From the IMG/VR virus record IMGVR_UViG_3300009068_004979: 64,000 nucleotides of DNA; one strand, written 5' to 3'. Position numbers and translations under genes: made by a program. The DNA is from a virus. Positions 27,005 through 36,584 of the stretch are shown here, piece by piece; positions within the stretch are counted from its first letter, which is position 1; each line of letters starts with the position of its first letter. The notes beneath the pieces were generated by a model that saw nothing but the letters and a program-made list of their open reading frames with translations, was not told the origin of the DNA and did not search any database.

Positions 27005-27475
27005 TTATTTAGTCTTTGAAAGTACCGGTACACTGAAAGCATTGCAGATTCGAGTGACTGTGTCCACTTCTTGAACGGGCGCAGGTGCATAAGAATCATA
27101 ATCTCCATATGGGTCATGTGGGGAGACCAAGGGAGAAACAGTGGGAGCTACAGTAGTAGGTCTTTTTATCTTGCTTGTGATGAGTGTGAGCAACTGGTTC
27201 ATTACCATGTCAGAATTGGCCGCATTTACAAACTCTACAACATCATTGTATTGAAATTTACTCTTGAGCACCTCGAACGGATTGGCGTACAAGCCAAATA
27301 TATAATGTGGTAAATATTTCAGAGTAATACCAGCACAATCTTTAATAACATGATAAGCAGCTGGTGTTTGTATTGAAACACCAGTTTCAGGCACTTCATT
27401 AGCTTTTTTAGCCGGTAAATAAAGCTTGGCTTCTTTGGCTTGACTGTTTTGTAAAATTATGTCTATAAAATTCAT
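27005..27475 (-). CDS. Hypothetical protein
   Basis: 156-aa ORF in operon. Confidence 0.6.
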   Translation of the reverse strand: MNFIDIILQNSQAKEAKLYLPAKKANEVPETGVSIQTPAAYHVIKDCAGITLKYLPHYIFGLYANPFEVLKSKFQYNDVVEFVNAANSDMVMNQLLTLITSKIKRPTTVAPTVSPLVSPHDPYGDYDSYAPAPVQEVDTVTRICNAFSVPVLSKTK

Positions 27476-27915
27476 ATGAGTTTAAATTCGTTTATTATTT
27501 CGTCTTTACCAATACATTTATGTTCAATACCATAAAAATCTAGAACATCCAAGCCGCCACAATCAAAATCATATTTGAGAGTATAAATTACTTTCTGTAT
27601 CTTATGACCAGCAATGGCTTGTGCACAACATGTGCAAGGTTGCAAAGTGATAGCTATGGTCTTTGCTTGGCCATAAGAAATTCTGGACAACAAATTAGCT
27701 TCAGCATGAATCATAAATGGTCTGCGTTTATGACGGTCACTCCAGAATTTTGGATCAACTACTTTACCTGCAGCTAATCCATTATATGCTACACCTAATA
27801 CTTCATTGTTATGGCCTAGTGCACATGCTCCAACCTTCATGTATGGATCTTCACTGCGGCGAGTAGCTGCCCAGGCCAATAGCAGTGCGTGTTTGTCCCA
27901 ATCAACGCGATGCAT
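27472..27915 (-). CDS. dCMP deaminase
   Basis: RSEDP..KVGA, YNG, HAEAN, PCxxC. Confidence 0.9.
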   Translation of the reverse strand: MHRVDWDKHALLLAWAATRRSEDPYMKVGACALGHNNEVLGVAYNGLAAGKVVDPKFWSDRHKRRPFMIHAEANLLSRISYGQAKTIAITLQPCTCCAQAIAGHKIQKVIYTLKYDFDCGGLDVLDFYGIEHKCIGKDEIINEFKLI

Positions 27916-28588
27916 AATGATTTAAAATATCTAGCACTTCTGCCTTTAGATAAGGAACAGGATAATACTTAAATTTGTTAATTGTACGGTCATAATAAAA
28001 GATGCCCATTTGATTCAATTTAAGACCAGTTAATTCATGGTACATGAAAGCATATATGGAAAGCTGCAAAGCATAAATTGAATATTCAGAAGCATTCATA
28101 TGACTAACTGGTGATAAAAGATACTCACCATATTGATTTGATAAACTAAAATTGCGATTTGTTTTTAGGTCAAACACACTAAATCCACCCTGTGCATCTT
28201 TACGAATAATATCTGCAGTGCCCGCTAACTTATAAGCATGGTTATACAGTCTTTCTTCCACAAGTATCTGGTCACTGTTCTGGATAATACCCAGTTCATC
28301 ATAAGCCTTTATAAATGCTTCATGCTTTGTATCATACGTTTTCTCTTTAAGATATTGCTCTAATACTGTGTGCTTCTCTGTTCCATATACTTTACTGGCT
28401 TCATTAATCTCTTTCCATTCAGCTTTAATTTCTTCTGCAGTTACACCCTTGCGCTCTGCAACTCGAGCAGCATGTTTCTCTACATCAAATGGCTTCTTGT
28501 ATTTGCCTATGAGAGTTGTTGTGGAGATATAGGCTTCGCCAGTTTCCGGATGACGGTAGGTATGTGTTTTAGCATCAAATACTAGCAC
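27902..28588 (-). CDS. PD-(D/E)XK exonuclease (Cas4/RecB-like)
   Basis: H.Y...STTT, GT..H, E...AGTAD, DLKT, Y.LQLS.Y. Confidence 0.85.
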   Translation of the reverse strand: MLVFDAKTHTYRHPETGEAYISTTTLIGKYKKPFDVEKHAARVAERKGVTAEEIKAEWKEINEASKVYGTEKHTVLEQYLKEKTYDTKHEAFIKAYDELGIIQNSDQILVEERLYNHAYKLAGTADIIRKDAQGGFSVFDLKTNRNFSLSNQYGEYLLSPVSHMNASEYSIYALQLSIYAFMYHELTGLKLNQMGIFYYDRTINKFKYYPVPYLKAEVLDILNHYASR

Positions 28589-28617
28589 ACCTTATTATAA
28601 GATATTGCTAGTTAAAA

Positions 28618-28824
28618 TCAACAACGAGGTATATATGTGCAAGTGTATCCGTTTTTTATTTTTGATTTGTGCACAATCTTAAGTCCAAGTTGGGTTAGTT
28701 TCTCATCAACAATATTAAACCATTCTTGGTCAATATTAATAATTAAACTCTGAGCTTTTTTGTCTACAAGTATAGTGTCCGTGAATTCTTCACATACCGC
28801 GGAGGAAATTTCCAACGCTGTCAT
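28618..28824 (-). CDS. Hypothetical protein
   Basis: 68-aa ORF; TAAATA upstream. Confidence 0.55.
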   Translation of the reverse strand: MTALEISSAVCEEFTDTILVDKKAQSLIINIDQEWFNIVDEKLTQLGLKIVHKSKIKNGYTCTYIPRC

Positions 28825-28834
28825 ACATGATTAT

Positions 28835-29053
28835 TTATTCTTCTTCGTCGTCGTAGTCTTCGTCCTGGTCAAATAAATCGGAAGTAAATTGTGCGTCACT
28901 TGCAGCTGCGCCTCGTTGCAAAAGCTTTGTAACTATTTCGCCTTCTTCTTCGTTCAAATATAAAATACCAACATCTTTCCCATTAATCAATACCTTCACA
29001 TGGTATGTATCACTGCCGTGTGTATCTACTAATTGCAATTCAATTTTATTCAT
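28835..29053 (-). CDS. Hypothetical protein with acidic tail
   Basis: 72-aa ORF. Confidence 0.6.
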   Translation of the reverse strand: MNKIELQLVDTHGSDTYHVKVLINGKDVGILYLNEEEGEIVTKLLQRGAAASDAQFTSDLFDQDEDYDDEEE

Positions 29054-29060
29054 CTAACAA

Positions 29061-29240
29061 TTAAGCAGCTGCTTGCTTGACAATATTTAATAATTTTTTA
29101 TAAATCTCGCCCAAGTTATTAAAATCAGAAGGATGAAACAATCCTTTGGAAGCACAAGCATCAAACACTTGAGTAATAACTTTGATATCTGACAATGTTA
29201 ATTCTGTCTGCAATTCTTGATCAGGATCTGGCTGTATCAT
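29061..29240 (-). CDS. Conserved-looking small phage protein (59 aa, absent from ORF track)
   Basis: MIQPDPDQELQTELTLSDIKVITQVFDACASKGLFHPSDFNNLGEIYKKLLNIVKQAAA. Confidence 0.6.
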   Translation of the reverse strand: MIQPDPDQELQTELTLSDIKVITQVFDACASKGLFHPSDFNNLGEIYKKLLNIVKQAAA

Positions 29241-29278
29241 ATGTGTATATTAAAATATATATTCTTTATTTCAACTAT

Positions 29279-29479
29279 TTAAATTACAAATCCGCTGTTT
29301 ATGGTGTACACTGTGTTACCCAGGTAGTCAGTAATCTTTGAGATTTCTTGCTTGAGATTGTGTGTATCTTCAAACGCTTTCTTATGCGCTTCCCATGCAT
29401 CATTCTCATCAATTTTAATTTTCTTTACTTTTTTAGAAGCAAGATCTTTTACATAGACTGTATACTTTTCGATGTACAT
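29279..29479 (-). CDS. Hypothetical protein
   Basis: TTGATT...TATAAT-N8-ATG upstream. Confidence 0.55.
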   Translation of the reverse strand: MYIEKYTVYVKDLASKKVKKIKIDENDAWEAHKKAFEDTHNLKQEISKITDYLGNTVYTINSGFVI

Positions 29480-29547
29480 ATAGTTATATTATATTATCAT
29501 TATTTAGAATCAAGAAGTTTATTTGCAAACATAAATAATATGGCAGT

Positions 29548-30024
29548 ATGTTTGTGTTTAAACTACGGCCTACGGAAAAAACTGTTAATTGGTTGAAGCA
29601 GCATAGGATAGATAGCAGAGCATTGGAAATAGCTTTAACGTTAATTTTTGGTGAAATATACCCCAAGAAAAAAATAAAAAAGAAACAATTAACTATACAG
29701 GTAGACATGGGCAGCGATGGTAGTACCTACTACTTTGGTACCAATAAAATTTTGCTTTGTGATAAGCCCTATGCAAACAATAACTCGTTGAAATACAAAA
29801 AGATAACAATTTTTAGACACCTGCTTCATGAGTTTCGTCACTGGATGCAATCACAAGTTTTGGGTATAAAAGCTTCTCAACTTAACTACACAGACGACGA
29901 CTATTTAAAGAACAATAAAAAATATAAGCATAACAAGTATGAAAAAGATGCCAGAAAATTTGAAGATAAATTTGTAGTAAAATTTATGAAGTACTATTCT
30001 TGCTTCAAGACTTCCGGTCAATGA
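29548..30024 (+). CDS. Zincin-like metallopeptidase
   Basis: LLHEFRHWMQ (HExxH) and downstream YEKDAR. Confidence 0.7.
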   Translation: MFVFKLRPTEKTVNWLKQHRIDSRALEIALTLIFGEIYPKKKIKKKQLTIQVDMGSDGSTYYFGTNKILLCDKPYANNNSLKYKKITIFRHLLHEFRHWMQSQVLGIKASQLNYTDDDYLKNNKKYKHNKYEKDARKFEDKFVVKFMKYYSCFKTSGQ

Positions 30025-30346
30025 ATGTCTTGTACAGGTATGCTATGCTTGGGTAGGTGAACGCAGTTATGAGTGGAAAGTATGGTGATAGAGAATTAGC
30101 AAATGTTAAAATAGCGCCTACAGTAAGCGATGTCCAGAAAGAAAAACATATAAAACAACTACTGAGAATGGCTAATTTTTTACTCTTCAACAAAAGGGCA
30201 GTTTCAAATTGATCATTAGAGTACATATTTTTATCGAAAAGCCATTGACCTAGAGTCGTTTTAATAGGACTATAAAACCAAATTAACAGAGTAGTTAAAG
30301 TGATTAAGAGGCCTTGGGTGTAAGTGAGGAGACAACTTCTTTCCAT
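30005..30346 (-). CDS. Membrane protein with CxxC (DUF1360-like)
   Basis: LSSCFICFSFW and three hydrophobic helices. Confidence 0.6.
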   Translation of the reverse strand: MERSCLLTYTQGLLITLTTLLIWFYSPIKTTLGQWLFDKNMYSNDQFETALLLKSKKLAILSSCFICFSFWTSLTVGAILTFANSLSPYFPLITAFTYPSIAYLYKTFIDRKS

Positions 30347-30519
30347 ATGGCTTCTACATACCGTGCTTTGAGGTTTACTTTGTTACAGGAAGAGCACCCT
30401 GTGGCTGTTAATTTGCTAAGCTCCTGTTGATATGACTCACGTACCTTTTCGCACAAGGGTATCTCCTTGGGACAAGGTTGAGAGAAATCAAAAAAGTCAT
30501 CGAGAATTTTAGCATCCAT
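30304..30519 (-). CDS. Small CxxC protein, paralog of 32779..33039
   Basis: Start MDAKIL; DFF...P.P......R..Y...E.......CSSC..N..KA.Y. Confidence 0.6.
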   Translation of the reverse strand: MDAKILDDFFDFSQPCPKEIPLCEKVRESYQQELSKLTATGCSSCNKVNLKARYVEAIWKEVVSSLTPKAS

Positions 30520-31381
30520 TTTTAAACCAGTTGTATGTGTGTTGTAGGCCGTCTTGCCAATTATATTTAGGCAGCCAATTAAGTAGCTTCCACGCTTTTT
30601 GATTGCAAACATTTTCATCAAAAGTCTGGTTATGCCGCTGATCAACAAAAACAATTTTAGAATTGCTGCCTGTAATTTTTTTAATGTCTTCAGCCATTTG
30701 AATTGCAGAAACCTTTTCATGTTGTGATAAGTTTATTATTTCATTTCTAGCATTATCAAAGTGTTTAATTGCTAAAGCGCAACCTGTGGCAATATCATCT
30801 ACATGGGTTAATGTTCTGGCCTGCTTGCCGTCGCCATGTATGGTAATATCTTTATCCTGCAATGCTTGTGTGAAAAATACATGCACACCTAGAGCGGACC
30901 TCATGCCTGGTCCATAGGTTGTTGCAAATCTGAGTATAATATATTCCAAATTAAAATTTAATGCATATCCCTGAATAATAATCTCGCCAGCATATTTTGT
31001 ACATGCATATAATTCTGAAGGATTTACTTTTGCATCTTCTGTAGCTTGTTCTTTAATATTGCCGTATGCGCAAATAGTAGAAGCATATATTAATTTTATC
31101 TTGTGTTTAGCACACAAGAAAGCTACGTTATGGGTGCCTTGAATGTTAAAATCGGTACCTTTATATGCGCCATCTATATCTTCCATGGCGTACATATTAG
31201 CTTGAGCCGCAATATGCAGAACAAAATTACAAGATTGAATATGCTGCTCTAGATCTTCTAAATTTAAAACATCGCGACCTAATTTTCTGTCATATTCGAG
31301 TACATTATAGCCAGCTCGTTCAAGCTTGCGTTTTATAGCTGTGCCAATGAATCCTGAGCTGCCTGTTAATAAAATATTCAT
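30509..31381 (-). CDS. NAD-dependent nucleotide-sugar epimerase/dehydratase
   Basis: TGSSGFIG, YACTK (YxxxK), HGDGKQAR. Confidence 0.9.
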   Translation of the reverse strand: MNILLTGSSGFIGTAIKRKLERAGYNVLEYDRKLGRDVLNLEDLEQHIQSCNFVLHIAAQANMYAMEDIDGAYKGTDFNIQGTHNVAFLCAKHKIKLIYASTICAYGNIKEQATEDAKVNPSELYACTKYAGEIIIQGYALNFNLEYIILRFATTYGPGMRSALGVHVFFTQALQDKDITIHGDGKQARTLTHVDDIATGCALAIKHFDNARNEIINLSQHEKVSAIQMAEDIKKITGSNSKIVFVDQRHNQTFDENVCNQKAWKLLNWLPKYNWQDGLQHTYNWFKNGC

Positions 31382-32037
31382 CTTATATCTCGGAGTAGCA
31401 TAAATGCTTCAGCATAAAAAGATTTACACTCTTGTCCACGAGATGCAACCTTCACTAAAACTGCTTCAGGGCTTCTGGAATGTGGTGGTGTCATGCATTC
31501 CATGCTGTAGCATTGCAAAGCTGCCATTTTTTTGTTTACGAGAGATTCAGTCAATACTTCATAAATGTTTGGTACAAATGATGCGCGGTCTGTACTAAAA
31601 GATTGATCACAAGATGATAAAACCTCGCCTACAATAATTTGTTTTGCATAATTACATGTATTGGGTCTGGTAGCTATGGAAACTGCTCTGTAGAGATTTT
31701 TATGATCTTGATGGTTATCAGATAGGTGTGTTGTATACAGAATGTCCGGCTTGTATTGATCTATGCACTCTTCCACTTTGCCAATGAGTTGAAACAGGTC
31801 ATTACACAAGTCTTGATGAGATATTGAGAGAAATTCAAGATCATTGTAGCCTAAGATATCTTTGGCTTTTAATGCATCTTGCAATTGTTTTTTAGCGCGC
31901 TGATGATTGGGAGCTTGGGCGATGGCTACTGATACATGGTGTCCTTGTTGCACCATCTTGCAGATAGTGCCGCCGAACCCTAACACTTCATCATCAGCAT
32001 GAGGTACTAGAAAAAGAATTCTGCTTTGCTGTTTCAT
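31378..32037 (-). CDS. PIG-L/LmbE-family deacetylase
   Basis: PHADDEVLG, HQDH, YAEAF. Confidence 0.9.
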   Translation of the reverse strand: MKQQSRILFLVPHADDEVLGFGGTICKMVQQGHHVSVAIAQAPNHQRAKKQLQDALKAKDILGYNDLEFLSISHQDLCNDLFQLIGKVEECIDQYKPDILYTTHLSDNHQDHKNLYRAVSIATRPNTCNYAKQIIVGEVLSSCDQSFSTDRASFVPNIYEVLTESLVNKKMAALQCYSMECMTPPHSRSPEAVLVKVASRGQECKSFYAEAFMLLRDIR

Positions 32038-32782
32038 ATAACTTGATTCTATTATAGTCATTTTTAAGCGGGTTTTCAACTAATATGGCCAACTGTTCTT
32101 CAAATGATTTAGTATGAATGAATGGCATAAGAGAATAGTGCACCGGGTGTAAAGATATGCCTTGATTGGTTATATCCATGTTAGTTGTGCCTGAAGTCTC
32201 ATCTTTTAGATCAATTAAATTAATCCCATATGCTTTCATTATTTCGCCAACTAGAACATCTTCTCCTTTGTATGTTTCCGGTGTATTATGAAATGTATCA
32301 AAATTATTCAGCGTGATTGTTTTTACTGCCTCATAATCTAAGATATAAAAGCTGCCTTCAGCATATGCATTTTTTGCATCGCGTTTGGAAACATGAAATG
32401 ATTTGTTCTTTATTTTATAATGATGATATGTTGCTGCACGATTGGGCTCATTCTTTTTACCTGCATATTTGACATTCGACAAATTGAGTTGCAGAAACTT
32501 CTCAACATTAACATAGGTATCATCATTAACTTTAACAACGTGTGTGAAGTCACAATGTTGCAGAAGTTTTTGCATGGCCAGATATGTTTTAAGTGGCAAT
32601 TGCTCATAACACTCTTGGAAGTTTTCCAGGTATAAAGAATTTGGTAGATCATTTAACTTATCACCTGAAACAAAGAAAAATGGTATATTGTTTTTAATCA
32701 AATCCTGAATCCAAGTATCCAGAAGGCATTTACACCTGTGCACAGTTTTAGCGCAGGTGTAAATTACGAACACGCATTTCAT
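31994..32782 (-). CDS. GT31-like (Fringe/beta-1,3-galactosyltransferase) glycosyltransferase
   Basis: Y..LPLKT, VKVNDDTYV, YAEGSFYIL, EDVLVG. Confidence 0.75.
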   Translation of the reverse strand: MKCVFVIYTCAKTVHRCKCLLDTWIQDLIKNNIPFFFVSGDKLNDLPNSLYLENFQECYEQLPLKTYLAMQKLLQHCDFTHVVKVNDDTYVNVEKFLQLNLSNVKYAGKKNEPNRAATYHHYKIKNKSFHVSKRDAKNAYAEGSFYILDYEAVKTITLNNFDTFHNTPETYKGEDVLVGEIMKAYGINLIDLKDETSGTTNMDITNQGISLHPVHYSLMPFIHTKSFEEQLAILVENPLKNDYNRIKLYETAKQNSFSSTSC

Positions 32783-33039
32783 TTAATAGACGATATTAAT
32801 TTTTGTATGAAACAGGCCTTGTAGTAATTTACTTCACAAGCATTGCAGTTGCTTCTTTTAATGATTCTTTCTTCTGCTTTAAAATATTCATCACGCAATG
32901 CATCACCATTGGGGAAAATGGAAGGAACAGGTAAGTCTTTATTAAAGAAATCTCTCAGCTCAGAATCATATACATCTGTTTTCCGCTCAATTTCTTTTTC
33001 GAGCTCATCATACTGCTGAAGATTTTCTGTGTCAAGCAT
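32779..33039 (-). CDS. Small CxxC protein, paralog of 30304..30519
   Basis: DFF...PVP......LRDEY...E......CNAC.VN..KA.F. Confidence 0.6.
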   Translation of the reverse strand: MLDTENLQQYDELEKEIERKTDVYDSELRDFFNKDLPVPSIFPNGDALRDEYFKAEERIIKRSNCNACEVNYYKACFIQKLISSIK

Positions 33040-33096
33040 AAAAAGATATTTTAAATATATAGCTCAAAGCTGAAGTTTTGCAACTATATCGTAGAG

Positions 33097-33729
33097 TTAT
33101 AATAAATCCTTAGGGTTCATAGCAAAGCTTACAAATCTTGCATTTTGCCCTGTCAGGCTGGCTCTATGTGGTAAAATTCCGTTAAAAATAAAATAATCAC
33201 CTTTTTTGCTTAAAAGCTTTTCTTCTCTATCAACACTTACAATAAAGTCACCATCTTCTATATCTTCTAATAAGAAGTGTATCATAACAGCATCGTGACC
33301 GTGCCCTTCGTCTTCAAGAACTAGAGCGCCTTGCTTGAAACAAAATATCCAAGCTACAGATAGCCAAGTAGGTAATATTTTTAGAGTATTTGCAAAAAAA
33401 GCTGCATCAGAATAAACATGCATCTTTCCTGCAATTTGTTGCATTTCAGCAGTCTTCAAAGCATAGTTTTGTTCTGGTCCATCTAAAATAAAATTAAATA
33501 ATTCTTCTTTATACCCAGTGCAGCCACACTTCTTGACAGAGCTATACATAAATGGCAGAGAATACATTTTAATATAATCTGTTTGTAAAATTTTATTATA
33601 TTTAGTATGCTGCTCAATTGGCAAATTTTGCAAAAAATCATAGTAATCTTTACATGCGGCTTGTACTAGCTCATCTTTAATCTGTACTAAATTTGGAAAC
33701 GTTTCAATAGATAAAAAATTTGTTTTCAC
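33097..33729 (-). CDS. Cupin/double-stranded beta-helix oxygenase-like protein
   Basis: HGH...F.G..PH.A. Confidence 0.55.
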   Translation of the reverse strand: MKTNFLSIETFPNLVQIKDELVQAACKDYYDFLQNLPIEQHTKYNKILQTDYIKMYSLPFMYSSVKKCGCTGYKEELFNFILDGPEQNYALKTAEMQQIAGKMHVYSDAAFFANTLKILPTWLSVAWIFCFKQGALVLEDEGHGHDAVMIHFLLEDIEDGDFIVSVDREEKLLSKKGDYFIFNGILPHRASLTGQNARFVSFAMNPKDLL

Positions 33730-33734
33730 TACTA

Positions 33735-34346
33735 TTAATTAATACTATTGTTAAGCAAATCTATACGCGCAGCGAAAACAATTAAACATACATATCCACC
33801 GATGCATCTAGCGCTATGAAGTAATCTCCCATCTAGCGAAAAAAAATGACCTAATTTGCTTGCTTTGTATTCATGATTGTTGCAGTGTACTTGTAAATAT
33901 CCATTGTGCTCAATATCATTAAGAAGAATAAAGGTATGCATTTCGGCTTCATCATGTATGTGACTAGGTATATGTGAGTTTGCTTTTATATAGAGTAATG
34001 TAGTATTAGTAATACAATCAATACTATTAGCTAGTTTAGATATGTTTGGAAAATAAAGCGAACTATCATATGCATATATACTTTGATCAAAACTCGCATA
34101 AGCTTGTCGACATGCATCATCTTGGCATGAAATTTCGGGATCAAAGATTATATTGCATTCAATAGCTTTACTTGCAGGGTCTTTAGAATGCAGTCTAACA
34201 AAATACATGTTAGTCAGTTCATTCTTTATAAATTCATCATGTCTGTTTTTCTCTTTTTGCGGCAAGTTTATTAAGAATCTGCTTACTTCTTCTTGAATTA
34301 ATAATAAGCTTTTATCAGGCAAAAAATGCGTATTGGTATAAATCAT
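33735..34346 (-). CDS. Cupin/double-stranded beta-helix oxygenase-like protein
   Basis: IPSHIH...LDG..LHSA. Confidence 0.6.
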   Translation of the reverse strand: MIYTNTHFLPDKSLLLIQEEVSRFLINLPQKEKNRHDEFIKNELTNMYFVRLHSKDPASKAIECNIIFDPEISCQDDACRQAYASFDQSIYAYDSSLYFPNISKLANSIDCITNTTLLYIKANSHIPSHIHDEAEMHTFILLNDIEHNGYLQVHCNNHEYKASKLGHFFSLDGRLLHSARCIGGYVCLIVFAARIDLLNNSIN

Positions 34347-34351
34347 ATTAA

Positions 34352-35005
34352 TTAGAATTCAGATCCCACAACCAATAACGTACGGTTTTTTTTGCCTCGC
34401 TCTATTGCTATATGCTCATATGAAGAATCAAATATAAGCAGGGGTTCCTCAGGACATAGGTGCACAGATTTGCCAAGTGCTTCAATTTGCATATATTCAT
34501 CTGATTCAGTTAAATTAAAAGATGACAAATAATATTGAGGATGGTCATGCGGATCAAAATGTGTACCAGGCTTAAATTCAATAAACATTGCTTGCCACAA
34601 TTTGGGTACATGTTGTGTTACTAGTGCATAAGATTCTTTAAAGAGATAAGAAATGTCTTCATCAGAGAAATAATTAAAATCAAACATTTTTTTAAGTGTT
34701 ACATGATGCTTAATATAAGAGCGCTCTTCTGGTGTCATCTGGTATGTAGGAGCACAAATACCATTATAATATCCAGTATCTTCTTTAAATTTTCTTGTGG
34801 GGTTCTTAGTGAAAAACGGTACAGATAATGCTTTAATTAAAGGGCAACTTAGCATATTGTTTAAATGCTCTGCTGCTACCGGATGCGCTGTTTGTACAGT
34901 GTGTTTGTAATTCTCATACTCGCTCAAGAATACCTGTTTATGTTGTAGCAGTGTTAAGGCCCAGTACAAATTTTCAGGTACATTTTCTCTAGTATATAAT
35001 ATCAT
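34352..35005 (-). CDS. Aspartyl/asparaginyl beta-hydroxylase-like oxygenase
   Basis: PGT...PHDH...IFDSSYEH.A...R..L. Confidence 0.7.
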   Translation of the reverse strand: MILYTRENVPENLYWALTLLQHKQVFLSEYENYKHTVQTAHPVAAEHLNNMLSCPLIKALSVPFFTKNPTRKFKEDTGYYNGICAPTYQMTPEERSYIKHHVTLKKMFDFNYFSDEDISYLFKESYALVTQHVPKLWQAMFIEFKPGTHFDPHDHPQYYLSSFNLTESDEYMQIEALGKSVHLCPEEPLLIFDSSYEHIAIERGKKNRTLLVVGSEF

Positions 35006-35757
35006 AAGGCCTCTCTACAATGAAGATATTTTAAATATATAGCTCTAAGCCGTAGTTTCTCAACTCTGCCTATATAATTTTCAATGTATCCTTTTTTAGT
35101 CGTTCCCCATGGCTTATACTCAATAAAATGTAAAATCTTTATATCTTTAAAATCTATTCTGCTTAGTAGATCTAGTGTGGTATTATAGCTTATTGGCATG
35201 GGTGTTATTTTATCTGCAAAGAATAAATTGAGTGGTATTTGATTGCCACTAAATTTTTTTGTCTGAACAATATTCAAAAGCTCTTCTCTTATGCTTTCAT
35301 TTAAATGGCTCTTGCCTATGACCATAACACCGGCGTTGAACCCAATTTGCTCATTATTATATACTAGATTGTGCTTATATTCGTTACAACTTATATTAAA
35401 ATCACCTTCAAAATTAAAAATATCTGAAATACTATTGAGTATTATAGTATCACTATCTAGGTACAAGATTTTGTCGTATTTCTTGAGTTTGAATATATCA
35501 AATTTGCATACTGGTGAAATGCCCCAGTCCCGCGAAAAATATTTGCTATATTCCTTATATTCTGATATGCGCTTAAAAATAATATTGTGATTTTTATTAA
35601 CTGGTACTGCTTTAAAATCTAAATCATCTGTGTGCATAATTACAATATCACAGCTGAGCTGTCCGTTAATATATAAACTCTTTAATGAGCAGATTAGAGA
35701 GTTAAAATAATTTGAATTAACTATGTATACAACTGCTGTTTTCATGGTAATATTCAT
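35002..35757 (-). CDS. Glycosyltransferase family 8-like
   Basis: YDKILYLDSD, FNAGVMV, Q..LN, ILHF...KPW. Confidence 0.85.
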   Translation of the reverse strand: MNITMKTAVVYIVNSNYFNSLICSLKSLYINGQLSCDIVIMHTDDLDFKAVPVNKNHNIIFKRISEYKEYSKYFSRDWGISPVCKFDIFKLKKYDKILYLDSDTIILNSISDIFNFEGDFNISCNEYKHNLVYNNEQIGFNAGVMVIGKSHLNESIREELLNIVQTKKFSGNQIPLNLFFADKITPMPISYNTTLDLLSRIDFKDIKILHFIEYKPWGTTKKGYIENYIGRVEKLRLRAIYLKYLHCREAL

Positions 35758-36556
35758 TTACAAAGCTGGCTTGCAAGTCAGCCGGTAACGTTGCAGAAAA
35801 ATCTGTTATCATATTTTTATAGACCAAATGCTGCACTCGATTCATGGGTTGCTTGGCTCTTATTGCTTTTCTTATATTTAAAAATGTATTTTGATTGATG
35901 ATGCGCTTAGAAAGCATGCATGTATAATTATAAGCAGCGATATTGACTTCATGTGGCGGTTCAACGCTATATTTGTCAGCACCATAATAATAAAGACTTT
36001 TATCTAAGAAAGATATTTTTTTATTTTGCATAATGAACTCAAGCCATAGCAGATAATCTTGATATCGAGAAAGACTCTCCGGATACCATCCTAACTCTTC
36101 TACCACTTGTTTTTTATACATCACATTATGCTCAATATGATTAAAAAAGATCATTTTAAAAGGTAAGAATTCTAGTCTTGTCAATTGTTTGTGTTGCGAT
36201 TTAGTTGAAAAATTTGAGTAAACTAAATCACTATGATCTTGCTGTAATTTAGTAAGAAATAATTCTAGTCTGTCTGGACCGGAGATATTATCTGAATCTT
36301 GTCTTAGGATGTAGGTGCCTCTGCATAGCTTTAATCCTATATTCAGAGCTCTTGATATACCCTGATTATATGGCAACGTATGAATGATAATTCTAGGATC
36401 AGTATATTGTTTAAGTATTTGTGTTGTAGTGCTATTGCTGCCATCATTAATAATAATAAACTCGAAATCACTATAGGACTGATTTACAATAGATTCAATG
36501 CTCAGTTGAAGATTGTCTTTGCTTTCATTAAATACAGGCATTAGTACGGACACCAT
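35717..36556 (-). CDS. Glycosyltransferase family 2
   Basis: VSVLMPVFN, IINDGS, ALN.G, RQDSD, QDY.LW. Confidence 0.9.
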   Translation of the reverse strand: MVSVLMPVFNESKDNLQLSIESIVNQSYSDFEFIIINDGSNSTTTQILKQYTDPRIIIHTLPYNQGISRALNIGLKLCRGTYILRQDSDNISGPDRLELFLTKLQQDHSDLVYSNFSTKSQHKQLTRLEFLPFKMIFFNHIEHNVMYKKQVVEELGWYPESLSRYQDYLLWLEFIMQNKKISFLDKSLYYYGADKYSVEPPHEVNIAAYNYTCMLSKRIINQNTFLNIRKAIRAKQPMNRVQHLVYKNMITDFSATLPADLQASFVNEYYHENSSCIHS

Positions 36557-36584
36557 ACAAGCATTTAAGTAGGAATAATATATT

